Source: Desulfatiglandales bacterium (GTDB lineage: Bacteria; Desulfobacterota; DSM-4660; Desulfatiglandales; Desulfatiglandaceae). From it: DNA of 64,000 nt. The stretch is from assembly GCA_963666345.1 (NCBI GenBank), contig OY762721.1, positions 1,184,001 through 1,248,000 of the forward strand, written 5' to 3'. Below are positions 59,693 through 64,000 of this stretch, one piece after another (the stretch's first letter is position 1; every line of letters begins with the position of its first letter). A program made the position numbers and the translations under genes. Under the pieces are notes generated by a model, which worked only from the letters and a program-made list of their open reading frames with translations, did no database searches and was not told the DNA's origin.

Positions 59693-59780
59693 GATTTTGC
59701 CCCCCCCTTAAGGCCGGTCAACCATATCGCTAACAGGGCCCCTTTCAGTGCCACTGGTCCGTTTTTCCGGCATATTCTCC

Positions 59781-59809
59781 TTGACCCTTAGGCATTTCTT
59801 TTCTATATT
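59781..59809 (+). promoter_or_regulatory. Putative sigma70 promoter
   Basis: TTGACC-N17-TATATT. Confidence 0.4.
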
Positions 59810-60190
59810 CCTGTTTTTTTGTTAACAGATAGTTTTTACAGGTATTTTTATGTTTGAAGTCCTTCATGGACCGTTCAAATTGGCCTCAGCATGAACTATC
59901 CTGCCGGAGATCTGCGGGGTCCCAACAGAAAAATCCATACCCCAAGGGGCGGGAAATTTAATTATTTGCCGCCTCCGGCGGATAAAATCCGGTTAATCCC
60001 TATTAATTGACCGCACGGAAATCTTTTCCGGAAAGAAATCCTGCCATATTAGGAATTACACCCGGGAGATGAAAAACGATGCCCTTTCAAGGCACAGAGA
60101 CATTTTTGAATGCAGCCTTAATCTCAAGGAAACGAGAATAGCAGGGGTGGAGATGCTGAAGCAAAAGACAAAGAAAAGCTGGGATACACT

Positions 60191-60820
60191 ATGATAGGTC
60201 TTATCTTCGCAACCGGCATGGAAGCCGGCCCTTTACTTGCTGAGGCTGAGGCTGTTTGCTTTGAAAATCGCCCCATCGCCCTCTATAAGTTTTTACCGGA
60301 AGCAAGCAATACTGAATGCCTGGTTGCAATCAGCGGAATGGGCGGAGTATCCGCAGCACTTTCGGCCCAGAGTCTCATATGCATTCACAAGGTTGAGAGG
60401 ATAATCCACGCAGGCATATGCGGGGCGCTTGTTCAGAACGAGTCTATAAAAATAGGCGAAGTCTTCAGGGTAACAGAGGCAAGGGAGGCATTGCGCAAAA
60501 AGAAAGTCTTTTCTCTTGACCGGGAATGGTGGAACGCACTCAAAGGTGCCAGCATGGTTACAAGCGAAAGGCCTGTTTTTGAAAAGGACACAAGGAAGAG
60601 ACTCTCCGCTTTAGGCGATCTTGTGGACATGGAATCGGCAGTCATTGCCCGGGTGGCGAAGATGTACGATGTCCCATGTTCGATAGTAAAAGGGGTTACC
60701 GATTTCGCAGACAGGGACGGCAAAGAGATGGTAAAGAAGACCATCGGCCCTGTGTCGGAAAAGGTTTCAAAGATAGTTTTGCAGGAACTGGGAAAAAAGC
60801 TAGGGAAAAAGCCTGAGTAG
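60191..60820 (+). CDS. MTA/SAH nucleosidase-like protein (PNP/UDP phosphorylase superfamily)
   Basis: IFAT.MEA, SGMG..SAA, AGICGAL, VDMES, KGVTDFAD. Confidence 0.8.
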   Translation: MIGLIFATGMEAGPLLAEAEAVCFENRPIALYKFLPEASNTECLVAISGMGGVSAALSAQSLICIHKVERIIHAGICGALVQNESIKIGEVFRVTEAREALRKKKVFSLDREWWNALKGASMVTSERPVFEKDTRKRLSALGDLVDMESAVIARVAKMYDVPCSIVKGVTDFADRDGKEMVKKTIGPVSEKVSKIVLQELGKKLGKKPE

Positions 60821-60838
60821 AAACTGCCACGGAAGACC

Positions 60839-61648
60839 ATGGACGAAAACCTTTACATAAAAAGGCTCCACAGGTCGAATCCACTGAGGGAACCCGCCGT
60901 CAAAAAGGCCCTGCAAAGGCTCGAACTTCCCGAGTCAAGCAGGGGACTTGATGCGGGTTGCGGCATCGGCCTTCAAGCTGTCACGCTTGCCCGTGATGTC
61001 GTCCCTGAAGGGCATATCACAGGCCTCGACATCTGCAAGGGATTTCTTGATGAGGCAAAAAGGATCATCGAGAAAAGGCACCTTACAGAAAGGATCACCT
61101 TAATACAGGCAGACATCAATTCCCTTCCTTTTGGATCCGATTCCTTTGACTGGCTCTGGAGTTCAGACAGTGCCTTCTACCCGTCGGGGGATTCCCTTTC
61201 ACTGATTAACGAATTTTCCCGGGTGGTAAAACCGGGAGGAATCATCGCCATACTTGCCTGGACTTCGCAGCAACTTCTGCCGGGTTACCCGCTTCTGGAG
61301 GCAAGACTTAACAGCACCTTTTCAGGAATCGCTCCCTTCCACATCGATATGAAACCTGAGAATCATTACCTGAGAACCTCCAGCTGGTTTACACGGGCGG
61401 GAATTGAAGGAATCGAGGTCGCAACCATTGCAGGAGATGCCCATGCGCCTTTAAGTGGCGAAATGCGTGACGCGCTCCTTGATCTGATCGAGATGAGATG
61501 GAAAGACGTCGAAACAGGGCTTGGCGGTTCCGATCTAAAAAAGTTCAAGAAACTCACCGATCCCGGCTCCACCGATTTCATCCTTGATCTTCCCGACTAC
61601 TACGCCTTTTTCACCTGTTCACTTTTTTACGGAAGGGCACCTGAATGA
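60839..61648 (+). CDS. Class I SAM-dependent methyltransferase
   Basis: LDAGCGIG, TGLD, LPF..DSFD, RVVKPGG. Confidence 0.92.
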   Translation: MDENLYIKRLHRSNPLREPAVKKALQRLELPESSRGLDAGCGIGLQAVTLARDVVPEGHITGLDICKGFLDEAKRIIEKRHLTERITLIQADINSLPFGSDSFDWLWSSDSAFYPSGDSLSLINEFSRVVKPGGIIAILAWTSQQLLPGYPLLEARLNSTFSGIAPFHIDMKPENHYLRTSSWFTRAGIEGIEVATIAGDAHAPLSGEMRDALLDLIEMRWKDVETGLGGSDLKKFKKLTDPGSTDFILDLPDYYAFFTCSLFYGRAPE

Positions 61649-61713
61649 TGGAGACGAAAATAAATTTTCTTATATTTTCCAATACAGGCAGACTTAAATA
61701 TTACAGTTTGTTC

Positions 61714-62487
61714 TCACATCAGAAGCCCGTATTCCCTCAGGGCTCTTAACACATTCACAAACCCGGAAAGGCCTATGGAAATAAAAACAATCTTGAGAAA
61801 GACACCATGGGATACCCTTCGTGTCACAAAATGACCAATAACCGCAAAAATAAACACTATTGGAATTCCAATTCCGGTAAGCTTCAAGATGTTCATTGTT
61901 ATTCCCTCACCCCAAATTAAGATACTTATGAGTCGACAAATTGACGCGCTGAAAAAAAGCACCTGTAAGGTGAGCTTTGCACCTACCGCATCTCTATGCC
62001 TGGAATATACAAAGAGGGCGATAAGAGGCCCGGCGGCGGCAAATGCCCCGGCAATGAAACCGCTTATCAATCCGATAAGGATTCCCAGGCTATTATTTAA
62101 AGCTTTTTTAATTTGTGGTCTAAAGATGTGATTAATTGCGAATAAAATTAAAACGATTCCCAGTGCGAATCTGAATACGGGTTGTTTTCCGAAATGAAGG
62201 ATAAAGCCATAGCCTATTGGAACCCCCAAAGCCTCACCGACTAAAATAAGCCCCGCTGTTCTCCACTCTATTTTACTTTCCTTCCTGCCGGCCCATATTA
62301 TTGTGCTGTTGAGAAACATCAAAAGAAGAGTCAGGACAAGTGTGAAACGCTCTAAATCACAGGATGTAAAAGCTATGCCGGCCATGACGATTATACCGAA
62401 GCCAAGGCCGGTAAAGCCTTCGACAAAAGCGGCAAAAGCCACTACAGAAAGATAAAGCAATAAAACGTAGGTCCCGTCCAGCATCAT
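61714..62487 (-). CDS. TauE/SafE (TSUP) family permease
   Basis: G.TGLGFG, G.PIG, G..SG..AG.F...GP repeats; about 8 TM helices. Confidence 0.85.
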   Translation of the reverse strand: MMLDGTYVLLLYLSVVAFAAFVEGFTGLGFGIIVMAGIAFTSCDLERFTLVLTLLLMFLNSTIIWAGRKESKIEWRTAGLILVGEALGVPIGYGFILHFGKQPVFRFALGIVLILFAINHIFRPQIKKALNNSLGILIGLISGFIAGAFAAAGPLIALFVYSRHRDAVGAKLTLQVLFFSASICRLISILIWGEGITMNILKLTGIGIPIVFIFAVIGHFVTRRVSHGVFLKIVFISIGLSGFVNVLRALREYGLLM

Positions 62488-62581
62488 GGTATTATCACCA
62501 TTTTAACCGCTTGCGATGTAATTTCAGCTGTCCCGCGAATAGAGAATCAACGTGGCTCTTGTAATATCCATGCTGCCAAAC

Positions 62582-64000
62582 TTAAAAGTCTGTTGCCATA
62601 TCACCCGCATATAAATCCATCTTTATATTTTTATTTCTCCGCCTAAGCCATACAATCAATGCAAAAGTAAAAACAACCCCGAAGATATCAGTGTATGCGC
62701 CTGGAATTATGAGAAGCATGGCAACTAAAAAAACGGCGATTCTCATAACCACCCCGATTTTTTGTCTATAAAAACCGACTGTACCTATAGCCATCAATAA
62801 TGCAGATATACATGTAACGAACACCGTCCCGATGATACTGTACCATTTTCCCATAGCTAATATTGAAGGGCGGAAAATGAAAAAAAACGGAAGGATGTAC
62901 TTCATAATAGCCAGTCTTATAGATACACCGGCAACTTTCAGCCAGTTTGCCTCGGCAATCGAGGAAGCAGCATAGACGGCAGTACATACCGGTGGAGTAA
63001 GACCTGAAAGTATCGCACAATAAAAGATAAACATATGCGCACATATCGGAGGGACATCCATCATCTGAAGTGCGGGACCCACTACAGATGCCGCAAGAAC
63101 ATATGCGGCGGTAGTCGGGATTCCCATTCCAAGGATCAAGCTGACCACTGCGGCCAAAACCAATGCAAGAAAAAGGTCACCTGAACTGGCCCCGATAATC
63201 ATTTCACTGAGCTTTATACCCGCGCCGCTCAATGAAATCATGGCGATCGTTATCTGCGCGCATATCAGAAGGCTAACAACCGTCACCATTCCCTTTCCTG
63301 CCTGCCTGACTCCCTCCAGGATAATCAAAAGTCTTCCCAGGATATCTTTCCTGTTTAATGGGTTTATAAATACATAAAGCCCGAGATTTGTTATGATTCC
63401 CCAAAAAGCCGCCTTTGTTGGTGTATGCCCCATAAAAAGGCTTATAAGCAATACTAAAATCGTCAAACCGATAGGCCCGCTTGTGCCCCAACTCAATACG
63501 CTTCGCAAGGTCGGAATTTCCTCTGGAGGCACCCTGTCCATTTTTGCCTTTCTGGCCTCAAGATCAATACTGACCCAGACGCAGGTATAAAAAAGCAGGG
63601 CGGGTAATGTTGCCGCTAAAGCTATTTTCAGATAGGGTTCGCTAATTAATTCACTCATTATGAATGCACCTGCACCCATTATCGGCGGGGTTATCTGGCC
63701 ACCGGAAGACGCTGTAGCCTCAACGCCTCCTGCAAAATGATTGGGATAACCCAATCTTTTCATCATCGGAATTGTGAAATTACCAGTCGTTGCGACATTT
63801 GCAATTGCACTGCCGGATAGCATCCCGAACAGGCCGCTTGCAACTGTGGCCACCTTTGCCGCTCCACCATACGACCTTCCTCCGGCAACTAAAGCTATCT
63901 TCATGAAACTGCTTGCACCGCCGGTTATCAACAGTATGGAACCGAAGATTATAAACGCGGCCACAAGTGTGGCGGAAATGCCTGTCAGCACACCCCAAAT
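62582..64000 (-). CDS. TRAP transporter fused (4TM/12TM) permease, 5' partial
   Basis: GGAAK, SGSAIAN..TTG..TIPMM, EATASSGGQI.PPIMGAGAF, LGMGIPTTAAY, TPPV. Runs off the window end. Confidence 0.92.
   Translation of the reverse strand: MWGVLTGISATLVAAFIIFGSILLITGGASSFMKIALVAGGRSYGGAAKVATVASGLFGMLSGSAIANVATTGNFTIPMMKRLGYPNHFAGGVEATASSGGQITPPIMGAGAFIMSELISEPYLKIALAATLPALLFYTCVWVSIDLEARKAKMDRVPPEEIPTLRSVLSWGTSGPIGLTILVLLISLFMGHTPTKAAFWGIITNLGLYVFINPLNRKDILGRLLIILEGVRQAGKGMVTVVSLLICAQITIAMISLSGAGIKLSEMIIGASSGDLFLALVLAAVVSLILGMGIPTTAAYVLAASVVGPALQMMDVPPICAHMFIFYCAILSGLTPPVCTAVYAASSIAEANWLKVAGVSIRLAIMKYILPFFFIFRPSILAMGKWYSIIGTVFVTCISALLMAIGTVGFYRQKIGVVMRIAVFLVAMLLIIPGAYTDIFGVVFTFALIVWLRRRNKNIKMDLYAGDMATDF

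Overview
This 64-kb window is chromosomal DNA that, from gene content, most likely comes from an anaerobic Desulfobacterota (deltaproteobacterial) organism. I found no rRNA, tRNA, CRISPR array or intact transposase. It has four main blocks. (1) A phosphate-starvation locus, phoB-phoR-(OlsF-like acyltransferase)-orf ... pstSCAB-phoU, with 11-bp-periodic Pho-box-like arrays. (2) A roughly 28-kb nitrogen/glutamine supercluster. It contains hisH-hisF-carA-carB-purF behind a sigma54 promoter, and glnB-glnD. It also has a sigma54-led operon: glnA, an archaeal-type AsnA-like gene, mvhD, metV, metF, two glutamate-synthase FMN-domain paralogues (one degenerate) and a GATase/GXGXG subunit, with no GltD. 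The supercluster ends with an aspS-gatC fusion followed by gatA and gatB. (3) A metallophosphoesterase-nucleotidyltransferase fusion followed by an acyl-CoA/lysine-acylation cluster: two CoA-transferase-like-GNAT fusions lacking the catalytic Glu, two Acs-type ligases, a GNAT, a Zn-dependent deacylase, ABM, NRDE and a thioesterase. (4) Miscellaneous genes ending in an AT-richer TauE/TRAP pair. The intergenic DNA carries several families of small non-autonomous repeats/MITEs. One is a 433-bp TIR-bounded cassette whose 8-bp target duplication copied a ribosome-binding site. The best candidate for an undescribed system is the MvhD-MetV-MetF-glutamate synthase operon, which could couple methyl-THF/methylene-THF redox chemistry directly to ammonium assimilation. 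This is a hypothesis. All protein calls come from motif recognition by eye; no database searches were run.
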